Below are positions 26,977 to 34,540 of a stretch of DNA of 64,000 nt, piece by piece. The DNA comes from a virus. The stretch is taken from IMG/VR virus record IMGVR_UViG_2582581241_000004, one strand, 5' to 3'. Position 1 is the first letter of the stretch. Each line of letters opens with the position of its first letter. Position numbers and translations under genes: made by a program. The notes below the pieces were generated by a model that saw only the letters and a program-made list of their open reading frames with translations, did not search any database and had not been told where the DNA came from.

Positions 26977-27561
26977 TCACACGGAGGCCTTTTCGAATTC
27001 CTCGAGCGGCATGATCTTTGTGCCGATGCCGCCGATGACGAGTGTGGAAATCCCGTTCTCGTCGTAGCAATCCACGGCTCTGAAGCCTGCGGCGCGGGCG
27101 AGTAATCCGCGAATGCGCTGGATTTCGAATCCGAGACTTCCGGCGTCGAAGGCTTGCGCGCCGACGAGGATTTCCTCGAATATTCCGCCGTATTCGCAGT
27201 CGTCGCCGCCGAAATAAATTTCGATCGAGTTGGCGTCGTCGGTTTCGAGAGCCCAGCGGCGCAGCATATTCAGCACTTCGGCCCGCTCGTTCTCGTCGAT
27301 GTCGTATTCGTCGAGCGCGTCGAGATCGATTTCGCCGGCGATGACCTCGTCGATCCGCTCGCGAGACAGACGCTCCGTAATATCTCCGTGCCGGCAGATC
27401 TCGCTGTCGTCGAGCGAGACGATGTGCAGATGCTCGCCGTAGCCGTGATTGACGCATCCGGGGTTGTAGTCGAGCGTGAAGATTCCACCGAAGATGCCCG
27501 TCTCGGTGATCCCGTCGATGTGGGCTTTGCTCGAACCGTGGATCAGATGCATCGTCGCCAT
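26977..27561 (-). CDS. acrIF11: AcrIF11-like ADP-ribosyltransferase
   Basis: LIHGS..I..I...GIFGGIF, NHG..EHLH and GFEIQRIRGLLA...GF.AV...DENG align with recalled AcrIF11 motifs LFHGS, GVFGGLF, GWELQRLRGVLA and EDEHG. Confidence 0.75.
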   Translation of the reverse strand: MATMHLIHGSSKAHIDGITETGIFGGIFTLDYNPGCVNHGYGEHLHIVSLDDSEICRHGDITERLSRERIDEVIAGEIDLDALDEYDIDENERAEVLNMLRRWALETDDANSIEIYFGGDDCEYGGIFEEILVGAQAFDAGSLGFEIQRIRGLLARAAGFRAVDCYDENGISTLVIGGIGTKIMPLEEFEKASV

Positions 27562-27597
27562 GTTCCGTCTCCCTGCACCGCGCCTTCCATTGATACA

Positions 27598-27645
27598 TTT
27601 ATAGCAATCGCTAAAAACAAAGTCAACATCTTTTTTTAGCGATTG
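27598..27645 (-). promoter_or_regulatory. consensus sigma70 promoter overlapped by a 13-bp inverted-repeat operator
   Basis: TTGACT (27626-27621)-N17-TATAAA (27603-27598); CAATCGCTAAAAA (27605-17) / TTTTTAGCGATTG (27633-45). Confidence 0.85.
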
Positions 27646-27676
27646 ATAAAAATAATTTCGAGGCCTCGAAAAATCC

Positions 27677-27704
27677 CTTTGAATTTTCACGGCGCCGCTT
27701 CACC
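27677..27704 (+). promoter_or_regulatory. recurrent 28-bp promoter-like motif, copy 7
   Basis: CTTTGA-ATTTTCAC-GGCGCCGC-TTCACC then GGTCGAATC. Confidence 0.7.
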
Positions 27705-27741
27705 GGTCGAATCGTCGAACGCATCGACCGGGAGAACGGAC

Positions 27742-28188
27742 ATGACGGAAATCATCAATCGCCCCACGAATCCCCAGGGAGACAAGGATCTCGCGAACGG
27801 CTGGTATTGGCTGGCGATCGGCATCGGCAACAAGGAGAAGCGGCCCGTCGAATTGAAGGACGGCGTCTGGCAGTGGGGATATGCCGGCGGCGGATTTCCG
27901 AAGACCTGTGTTTTCGTGCTGTCGAGAGTCGAAGACCCCGAGGATGCCGTCGAGGCCGGCTACTATTGGGGGCGGTTCCGTTCGGACGAGCCGTCCGACC
28001 TCGCATGGATTTTCGATGTCTCCGAAAGCGGACAAGTTCGGTGGAATGACAACATCTACAATCTCAGCGAAATCGAGATCGTCTGCCGCGTGCCGACGCC
28101 TGGCGATCTGGCGGAATTGGAAAGGCTGGCGAAGGCGCGCGAGCCGGGTTCGACGGACTTGCCATTGTCCGTCGAACCCGGACTCTAA
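27742..28188 (+). CDS. hypothetical protein with duplicated G[WY]YW motif
   Basis: LANGWYWL and VEAGYYWG; GGGAG RBS. Confidence 0.65.
   Translation: MTEIINRPTNPQGDKDLANGWYWLAIGIGNKEKRPVELKDGVWQWGYAGGGFPKTCVFVLSRVEDPEDAVEAGYYWGRFRSDEPSDLAWIFDVSESGQVRWNDNIYNLSEIEIVCRVPTPGDLAELERLAKAREPGSTDLPLSVEPGL
28144..28181. repeat. perfect 15-bp inverted repeat
   Basis: CCGGGTTCGACGGAC-N8-GTCCGTCGAACCCGG. Confidence 0.85.
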
Positions 28189-28195
28189 AATTCCG

Positions 28196-28223
28196 CTTTG
28201 AATTTTCTGATCGCGGATTCACT
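28196..28223 (+). promoter_or_regulatory. recurrent 28-bp promoter-like motif, copy 8
   Basis: CTTTGA-ATTTTCTG-ATCGCGGA-TTCACT then GGTCGAATC-ATG of tnpB. Confidence 0.7.
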
Positions 28224-28232
28224 GGTCGAATC

Positions 28233-29438
28233 ATGATCCTCCACAGGGCGAACATCTACCGTCTCTATCCGACCGACGAGCAGGCCCAGCGCCTGACGGA
28301 GTGGGTCGGATCCTGCCGATTCATGTACAACGTCGCGCTGGAGCAAAGGCGCGACTGGTGGAGGCCGGGGCGCCGTTTCAATTTCGCCACGCAGTGCCGG
28401 GAAGTCACGGCGGTGCGTGAAGAAGTGGATTGGATCAAGGACGTTCCGGTTCATGCCCTGCAACAAGCGATGAGGGATCTCGATCGCGCCTTCGTCAATT
28501 TCTGGGAAGGGCGGGCCGAATATCCGAAGCCGCGGCGGAAATTCGAGAACGACAGCATGCGCTTTCCTGATCCGAGCGCCTTCGGATTTCGCCGCATATC
28601 GAAGCATTGGGGCGAAGTGAAACTCCCCAAGCTCGGATGGGTGAAGCTGCGTTGGGACAAGGCGATTCCTGGAACGGTGAAGAACATCACCGTCTCGTTG
28701 AAGACCGGGATTTGGACCGTCGCGGCGCAATACGAAACGGAAATCGCGGATCCGCAGCCTTCGGAATTGCCGCCGGTCGGCATCGACCGCGGAGTCGCCG
28801 TCTTCGCTGCCATGTCGGACGGGACGAAGGTCGAGCCGGGAAACTTCGGCAAGAAGGCGCGGAAGAAGCTGTGCAAGGCGCAGCGGAATCTGTCGCGGAA
28901 GAAGAAAGGATCAAACAATTGGAAAAAGCAGAAGGCGCGGGTCGGGAAGATACAGGGTAAAATAGCCCGTCAGCGCAAGGACTATCTGCATAAACTCTCC
29001 ACCGACATTGCCAAGAGCCACGGCGTCGTCGCGATGGAGAATCTGAAGGTCAGGAACATGACGGCTTCCGCCGCCGGCACCGTCGAAGAGCCGGGGAAGA
29101 ACGTCCGTCAGAAGGCGGGATTGAACCGCTCCATTCTCGATCAGGGATGGGGGATGTTCCGCACGATGCTGAACTACAAGCTGGCGGAGCGCGGGGGAAG
29201 GCTGGTGGAGGTGAATCCCGCCTTCACGAGTCAGACATGCTCCGAGTGCGGCGTCGTCGACGCGAGGAGCCGCGCCAGTCAGGCGCGTTTCGTCTGCGTC
29301 GCTTGCGGACACGAAGAAAACGCCGACGTGAATGCGGCGAAGAATATCCTAAGCCGGGCGGGCTGCTCGGTTCTGCCTGTGGAGGGACAGCGTGGTAGAC
29401 GCCCCGATGAAGCAGGAACCATCCGGAGGGCTGCGTGA
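28233..29438 (+). CDS. tnpB: TnpB RNA-guided endonuclease (IS200/IS605 family)
   Basis: N-terminal YRLYPTDEQ; RuvC GIDRG, AMENL, NADVNAAKNI; zinc finger CSECG..CVACG. Confidence 0.95.
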   Translation: MILHRANIYRLYPTDEQAQRLTEWVGSCRFMYNVALEQRRDWWRPGRRFNFATQCREVTAVREEVDWIKDVPVHALQQAMRDLDRAFVNFWEGRAEYPKPRRKFENDSMRFPDPSAFGFRRISKHWGEVKLPKLGWVKLRWDKAIPGTVKNITVSLKTGIWTVAAQYETEIADPQPSELPPVGIDRGVAVFAAMSDGTKVEPGNFGKKARKKLCKAQRNLSRKKKGSNNWKKQKARVGKIQGKIARQRKDYLHKLSTDIAKSHGVVAMENLKVRNMTASAAGTVEEPGKNVRQKAGLNRSILDQGWGMFRTMLNYKLAERGGRLVEVNPAFTSQTCSECGVVDARSRASQARFVCVACGHEENADVNAAKNILSRAGCSVLPVEGQRGRRPDEAGTIRRAA

Positions 29439-29686
29439 TGCGCGCCCTTGCAGGAAACCCGCGCCCTTCGGGGACGGGTGGAGGTCAGTATTCGAACGAC
29501 AGCGGACGCTGGACCGAGCACAGGACGCTCGTTTTCCGGCACGACGGCATCCTTTGGGCCGCCGACTATGAACGCGGGCTGACGGAAAATCAGGAAACCG
29601 AGGCGTTCGAGGGCGAGACGACGGACGCCTACGAAGTCGAGGCCCGCGACAAGGTGGTCGTCGAATACGTGAGAAAGGCCGCCTGA
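29438..29686 (+). CDS. phage protein whose N-terminus derives from the IS right end
   Basis: ATG overlaps the tnpB stop; reads through the right end into GRWTEHRTLVF.HDG..W...Y..GLTENQE. Confidence 0.55.
   Translation: MRALAGNPRPSGTGGGQYSNDSGRWTEHRTLVFRHDGILWAADYERGLTENQETEAFEGETTDAYEVEARDKVVVEYVRKAA
29439..29487 (+). mobile_element. IS605-family right end (3' part of reRNA scaffold)
   Basis: GGAAACCCGCGCCCTTCGGGACGGGTGGAGGTCAG: subterminal hairpin then TCAG, resembling IS605 right ends. Confidence 0.7.
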
Positions 29687-30018
29687 TGCGCCTCACGTCG
29701 GACGAACTGATCGACGCGATTGCCCGCGAGATCGAGCCTCTCGCGTTTTCCTTCAGGGAGCCCGACGACTCGGAGCGCCACCGGATGTTGTCGGCGCGGA
29801 TGACGGCGAAACAAATACTCGGCATCGTTGTCGCGCAGGATGTCGAACCCGGCCTGTATTGGGCGACGCACAAGGGCGAAGACGAGGCCGCAGTGGTCAA
29901 CGTGGACGACAGGGGGCGCGTCAATACGATCGGGCGAACCTTCTCCGGATACGTATTCAACTACGATGTCGGAGAAAGGATCGTGATGCCGGCGATGGAA
30001 GGGAAGAAGGCGACATGA
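29686..30018 (+). CDS. hypothetical protein (GLYW motif)
   Basis: TGATG coupling; VEPGLYWA resembles the repeats in 27742-28188. Confidence 0.6.
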   Translation: MRLTSDELIDAIAREIEPLAFSFREPDDSERHRMLSARMTAKQILGIVVAQDVEPGLYWATHKGEDEAAVVNVDDRGRVNTIGRTFSGYVFNYDVGERIVMPAMEGKKAT

Positions 30019-30767
30019 GCGACAAATCCGATATCCGTCTTCAGGTCGTCTATCGGCCAATCGACGAACTGATCCCCTATTCGCGGAACAGCCGCACGCA
30101 TTCGCCGGCGCAGCTTCGAAAGCTCGCCGAGGCGATCAAGCGCTATGGTTTTACAAATCCGGTGCTTCTCGACGGCAAAAACGGAATCCTGGCAGGGCAT
30201 GGTAGAACGGCGGCTGCAAAAGAAGCTGGGCTGAATAAAGTTCCGACGATCGACCTCGGCCACCTCTCAAATGAAGAACAGCGCGCATACATCATCGCGG
30301 ACAATAAGCTTTCCGACGAGTCTTCATGGAACGACGACATGCTCGCCCTCGAACTCTCGGAACTCAAATCCCTCGACTTCGACCTGTCGCTCACCGGCTT
30401 CGACGACCAGGAGATCAAGAGCCTCCTCGAACCCGAGCCGCCGAAGGCCGAGGAGCCGAAGCCGACTCCGGGCGCGCCTGTGTCCCAGCCCGGCGACGTG
30501 TGGGTGATGGGGTCGCATCGCCTCGAGGTCGGCGAGTCCGATCACGCCGTCGCCGACGCGATCTGCGGCCTCTGGCATTCGCATCTGGATTCGCCGGCGG
30601 TGCTGGAGGCGACGGGACAGACGTTCGCCGAGGTCATGACGGAGCGGAATCCATCGGCGCCGGTCGTCCCGAAGCTGACGCGGGCCAAGGCGCGGGATGC
30701 CTTGGCAAAGGCTGGGAAGCCGCGGGCGAAGAAGGACGACGCGCCGAAGGGAGGAACCTACCATTGA
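30015..30767 (+). CDS. ParB/Srx-domain protein with truncated methyltransferase linker
   Basis: IDELIPYSRNSRTH, GFTNPVLLD, ILAGHGR, YIIADNKL; then PGDVWVMGSHRL..G but no MTase motifs. Confidence 0.8.
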   Translation: MSDKSDIRLQVVYRPIDELIPYSRNSRTHSPAQLRKLAEAIKRYGFTNPVLLDGKNGILAGHGRTAAAKEAGLNKVPTIDLGHLSNEEQRAYIIADNKLSDESSWNDDMLALELSELKSLDFDLSLTGFDDQEIKSLLEPEPPKAEEPKPTPGAPVSQPGDVWVMGSHRLEVGESDHAVADAICGLWHSHLDSPAVLEATGQTFAEVMTERNPSAPVVPKLTRAKARDALAKAGKPRAKKDDAPKGGTYH

Positions 30768-31213
30768 CTGTCATCGTCTACAGGGATGGATTTTTGGCGA
30801 GCGATTCGAGAGTGAGTTGCAGCGGCGTCGTCGCGCCGCACGACGCGCGGAAAATCCATCGCGCCTTCGACGGCGGAATGCTCGGAATCACCGGCAAGCT
30901 CGCTCACATCGGGCCGCTCTTGCGCCTGCTGAAACGAGAGGAGCCGAACGACGACGAGATCAACACCGGAGAGGCGACGCTCATACGTGTCATGCCCGAT
31001 CTCAGTGTGCGTGAATACGGCGGCGCGTCGTATTTCGACTATGGACAGATCGACATGGCCGCATGGGGATCGGGCCATGAAGCCGCGACGGCGGCCCTTC
31101 TCATGGGCGCCAACGCGAAACGAGCCGTCGAGATCGCATGCCAGGTCGTTCCGAGCTGCGGCGGCCCGGTGCAGTGCATGAGATTCAGGAATCTACTCGC
31201 CGAAGCGGCATAG
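30764..31213 (+). CDS. proteasome-beta/HslV-like Ntn hydrolase
   Basis: TTG start with GGAGG RBS, Thr at position 2, LASDSR, RKI, AAWGSG, CGGPV. Confidence 0.75.
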   Translation: MTVIVYRDGFLASDSRVSCSGVVAPHDARKIHRAFDGGMLGITGKLAHIGPLLRLLKREEPNDDEINTGEATLIRVMPDLSVREYGGASYFDYGQIDMAAWGSGHEAATAALLMGANAKRAVEIACQVVPSCGGPVQCMRFRNLLAEAA

Positions 31214-31271
31214 GCTCTCGAAAGCGAAGGTGGCCTTCGCTTTGTCTTCGAGGAATTGAGGAAACGGCAGG

Positions 31272-32456
31272 ATGTTCGAGGGAATCGTCGATTTCGCGCA
31301 GCACAATCAGTTCTTGACCGGCGGCGTCGGCGCGATGGCGCTGGGTTGGCTGGCATATCAAGCGAAATCGCTGCCCGATCGGATCATGAATGCGATCGAC
31401 AAGAACCTGCTCGTCCACGTCACCGTGTCGGACAATCGATTTCATTTCTCCGACGTCGACCGGCTCCTGTCGGCGCACCGCGTCCGCCGGTTTTCGAAGA
31501 ATTTCGATCTATCCTGCGGCTCGCTCGTCGTCGGCTACGGCAGCGGATGGGCGCACTGGAACGGCACGTGGATCCGCTACACGAAATCGAAGGACACTTC
31601 GCGGCTTCACGACATGTCGACGATCGCCATGACGTTCATGACGACGGACGAGCGCACGGCCCAGGCGTTTATCGACGAGGCGATTCCGAAGGACGTCTCC
31701 GAACGCCTCGTTGTGAACATCGAGGCCGGCAACGGTTGGACGCAAGTCATGAAGCGCCGGCGGCGCCTGGATTCCGTGTTTGCCAACGACGACGTCGGAC
31801 GGCGGATCGTCGAGCGGCTGCGCTGGTTCGAGGATAATCACGAATGGTATGAGCGGCGCGGCATTCCGAGGAAAATCGGCTTCGTGCTCCACGGGCCGCC
31901 GGGCACCGGCAAGACGTCGCTCATCCAGGCCGTCGCCTCGGAACTGGGGTTCGAAATCCGGTATCTCCGGAGCCTGCTGTCGATCTCCGAGCGGATGTCG
32001 GACATCACACCGAAGACGCTGCTCGTCGTCGAGGACATCGACACTCTCGCAGAAGGACTGAATAGGACGCCAGATCACGCGCAGCGCCGCCGGGACTCGG
32101 ACGCCTCCGAGAAGGAGGCCGCAGCCGCCGGCTGGGCGATGCACGAGATATTGAACACGCTGGACGGCATGCAGACGCCCGACGCACTTAAATTCGTGAT
32201 CACGACAAACCACCTCGACCGCCTCGACCCGGCGATCCTGCGCCCCGGCCGTGTCGATCACATCTACGAAATCGGGCCGCTGGAAATCGACGAGGCGCGC
32301 CGCATGTTCCGGGCCTTCTACGACCGCGACGGAATTCGTGGATACGTCCCGACGACCGGCGCCGCCCTTCAGGCCATGTTCTCCACGATGATCGCCGAGG
32401 AGGCCGAGGATGCGCTGGATGCGGCTGCGATGGACGGGCTTCGCGAGGCGGCGTGA
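31272..32456 (+). CDS. BCS1-like AAA+ ATPase with N-terminal TM helix
   Basis: GIPRKIGFVLHGPPGTGKTS, LLVVEDID, LNTLDG, TTNH.DRLDPAILRPGRVD. Confidence 0.9.
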   Translation: MFEGIVDFAQHNQFLTGGVGAMALGWLAYQAKSLPDRIMNAIDKNLLVHVTVSDNRFHFSDVDRLLSAHRVRRFSKNFDLSCGSLVVGYGSGWAHWNGTWIRYTKSKDTSRLHDMSTIAMTFMTTDERTAQAFIDEAIPKDVSERLVVNIEAGNGWTQVMKRRRRLDSVFANDDVGRRIVERLRWFEDNHEWYERRGIPRKIGFVLHGPPGTGKTSLIQAVASELGFEIRYLRSLLSISERMSDITPKTLLVVEDIDTLAEGLNRTPDHAQRRRDSDASEKEAAAAGWAMHEILNTLDGMQTPDALKFVITTNHLDRLDPAILRPGRVDHIYEIGPLEIDEARRMFRAFYDRDGIRGYVPTTGAALQAMFSTMIAEEAEDALDAAAMDGLREAA

Positions 32457-32575
32457 GGATCGTTCAAAGGCAAAGCGATGGATGAATTCACTTTTTGTGA
32501 AATCCAAAATCGCCGGGCGACGGCCCTCCCCGATCTCCGGAAACTCCGGTATGAAGGCCGCCGCAGGAGATTTCG

Positions 32576-33793
32576 ATGAAATATCCGTTTCCTCTCATTT
32601 CGAGCATCGACGACATCGAGGCGCACCGCGACGCCGGGCTCATCCATGAGGCGTTCAAGCGCGGCGAGCGTCACAACGGCACGATCGTCTACGACTACGC
32701 CTACATGGACAATCACGTCTTTCCTGCGATCGGCGACTCCCCGTTCGCGGCGTTGGCGCGGGAGCTTCGCGGGCTGACCTTCGACGCGAGGACCGGCGCG
32801 CTGCTGTCGCGGCCCTACCAGAAGTTCTTCAACGCCGGCGAGCGCGAGGAGACCCTGGCGGCGAACTTGCCCCTCGGCGACAGCCATCTTGTACTGGAGA
32901 AGCTCGACGGCTCGATGATCCACGCCTTCGAGCAGCCGGGCGGCGGGATCGCATTCGCCACGCGGTGGGGTGTCACGACGATCTCCAGGCAGGCGCTGGC
33001 GTTCTACGAAGCCGAAGATGCCGACGGCCACGGGCGCGCCGCGCTGCGCGATCTGATCGCCGCCGGTCTGACGCCGATCTTCGAATGGACGTCGCCCGAC
33101 AATATCGTCGTCGTCCGCCACGATACCGCGACACTGACGCTGACCGGCCTGCGCCGCCGCGATACGGGCGAGCAGATGCCCCACGGCGATCTCGCCGATC
33201 ATGCGCGCCTGCTGCGCGTTCCGCTCGTTCGCGCCTTCGATCCCGTCGCCGAGTGGAATTCGTTCACCGCGACGGCGATGGCCGAGATCGAGGGCGAGGG
33301 CTACGTCGTGCGCTTTGCCGACGGCCACATGGTAAAGGTGAAAAACTCGCTCTACGCCCGCGTCCATAAATTCAAGGCCAACCTTTCGCAGCCGAAGGAC
33401 GCGGCGGAGATCGTCGTCTCCGGCTCGCTGGACGACATGCTGCCGCATCTGTCCGCCGTCGAGCGGGGACGGATCGAGGCCTATAGGGATCTGCTGTTCA
33501 AGCGGATGCGCGACTGCGCCGGCGTCGTGTCCGCCACCGTCGAGCGGGCGAAGGCGGAGATCGCGACGGACGACCCGCGCGAACGCCAGAAGGCTTTTTG
33601 GATCGGCTACGCCGCCCCGCTCGGCTCCACGCTGGCCGGCAGCGCCACCGACGTCTGGCTCGGGCGCCGCGATGCGATGGAGGCCGTCGGGGCGTTGGTG
33701 CTGAAGAACATCGCGACGAATGCGCGCTTCGATCGGCTCGCCGAGGAACTCGGGCTTCCGAAACTGGAATTCGGGTTCGATGGGGATCAGTGA
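32576..33793 (+). CDS. T4 Rnl1-type RNA ligase
   Basis: ELRGLTF, RPYQKFFN.GE, motif I EKLDGS, FEW, motif IV EGYVV, motif V KVK. Confidence 0.9.
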   Translation: MKYPFPLISSIDDIEAHRDAGLIHEAFKRGERHNGTIVYDYAYMDNHVFPAIGDSPFAALARELRGLTFDARTGALLSRPYQKFFNAGEREETLAANLPLGDSHLVLEKLDGSMIHAFEQPGGGIAFATRWGVTTISRQALAFYEAEDADGHGRAALRDLIAAGLTPIFEWTSPDNIVVVRHDTATLTLTGLRRRDTGEQMPHGDLADHARLLRVPLVRAFDPVAEWNSFTATAMAEIEGEGYVVRFADGHMVKVKNSLYARVHKFKANLSQPKDAAEIVVSGSLDDMLPHLSAVERGRIEAYRDLLFKRMRDCAGVVSATVERAKAEIATDDPRERQKAFWIGYAAPLGSTLAGSATDVWLGRRDAMEAVGALVLKNIATNARFDRLAEELGLPKLEFGFDGDQ

Positions 33794-33798
33794 TTCCG

Positions 33799-33826
33799 CT
33801 TGCGATTTTCAGGACGGCGATTCAAA
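33799..33826 (+). promoter_or_regulatory. recurrent 28-bp promoter-like motif, copy 9
   Basis: CTTGCG-ATTTTCAG-GACGGCGA-TTCAAA, 6 nt after the ligase stop. Confidence 0.65.
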
Positions 33827-33874
33827 AAGAATGCCCGTGTGGTCTACCAGCCCATCGAACCTGTAGACATCTGG

Positions 33875-33951
33875 CCCGGCAATAAGACGGCTGACGATCG
33901 GCTGAGACGCCGTGAAACGCGAAAGCGTCCCGTGGAGAAGCCCCTGCCGGG
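33875..33951 (+). ncRNA. extended type I hammerhead ribozyme
   Basis: ACGG-CUGACGA-U-CGGC[UGAGAC]GCCG-U-GAAA-CGC[GAAA]GCG-UC^-CCGU; distal stem CCCGGCA/UGCCGGG; predicted cleavage after 33929. Confidence 0.85.
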
Positions 33952-34127
33952 GAATAACTGGCTTCCTAGGGTGGGCAAGAGTTTCCGCGCAAGCGGTCCG
34001 ACGAGTAGGCAGAAGGCGCGCAAACGCCGAGGGAGCTGACGCTGCGGGAGGGCTTACCCCCGCCGCCGAGTGATGGGTTTTGCGACTGTCATGTCGGCGA
34101 CGCATTCGCCAGAATCGGCAATAAAAG

Positions 34128-34156
34128 GCCGTCCTTCACCGGGCGGCTTTTTCTTT
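34128..34156 (+). terminator. rho-independent terminator
   Basis: GCCGTCC-TTCACC-GGGCGGC-TTTTTCTTT. Confidence 0.8.
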
Positions 34157-34388
34157 ACGCCTCGACCGCCTCGCCGTCGCCCACTTCGGTCCAGTCCGGC
34201 CTGAACCCCGGCTGCAATCCGAGCGCGATCGCGACCAGCGCCAGACCGATGTAGCGCGGGCACCCGGTTTCCCGCCATCGCGTGATCTGGTTCACGCCGC
34301 AGCCCAGCCGCTCCCTGACATCGACGGCCTTCCAGCCGAACTCGGCGCGCAGGAAATCGATATAGGACGAGAACTCCTCGCCGGTCAT
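34155..34388 (-). CDS. small HTH repressor
   Basis: FGWKAVDVRERLGCGVNQITRWRETGCPRYIGLA; GAAGGG RBS. Confidence 0.7.
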   Translation of the reverse strand: MTGEEFSSYIDFLRAEFGWKAVDVRERLGCGVNQITRWRETGCPRYIGLALVAIALGLQPGFRPDWTEVGDGEAVEA

Positions 34389-34442
34389 GAATCACCCCTT
34401 CGATTCGGATTTCGATCCGTTTCCGACCAATAGCACAAATAT

Positions 34443-34501
34443 TTTCACGTTTCAGTGATTTTTTTGTTGCACACGGTTTATAAATCACTTATAGGTGATT
34501 T
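34443..34501 (+). promoter_or_regulatory. sigma70 promoter with two TCAC-N6-GTGA operators
   Basis: TTGCAC (34467)-N17-TATAGG (34490); TCACGTTTCAGTGA and TCACTTATAGGTGA. Confidence 0.8.
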
Positions 34502-34540
34502 TATGGAACGGCAAGACGCCGCAACGAAGGGAAAACTCAA

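Larger units (their letters stand above)
33833..34156 (+). ncRNA. ~320-nt structured RNA containing a hammerhead
   Basis: bounded by a promoter motif and a terminator; several GNRA-type hairpins and long-range stems; no credible ORF; boundaries approximate. Confidence 0.6.

Noticed and set aside
33960-34037. Possible second ribozyme (twister or hammerhead) in the ligase-linked RNA
   Set aside because: Stems are present, but the conserved twister UAA and CCC-AAG elements and a hammerhead CUGANGA/GAAA core are absent
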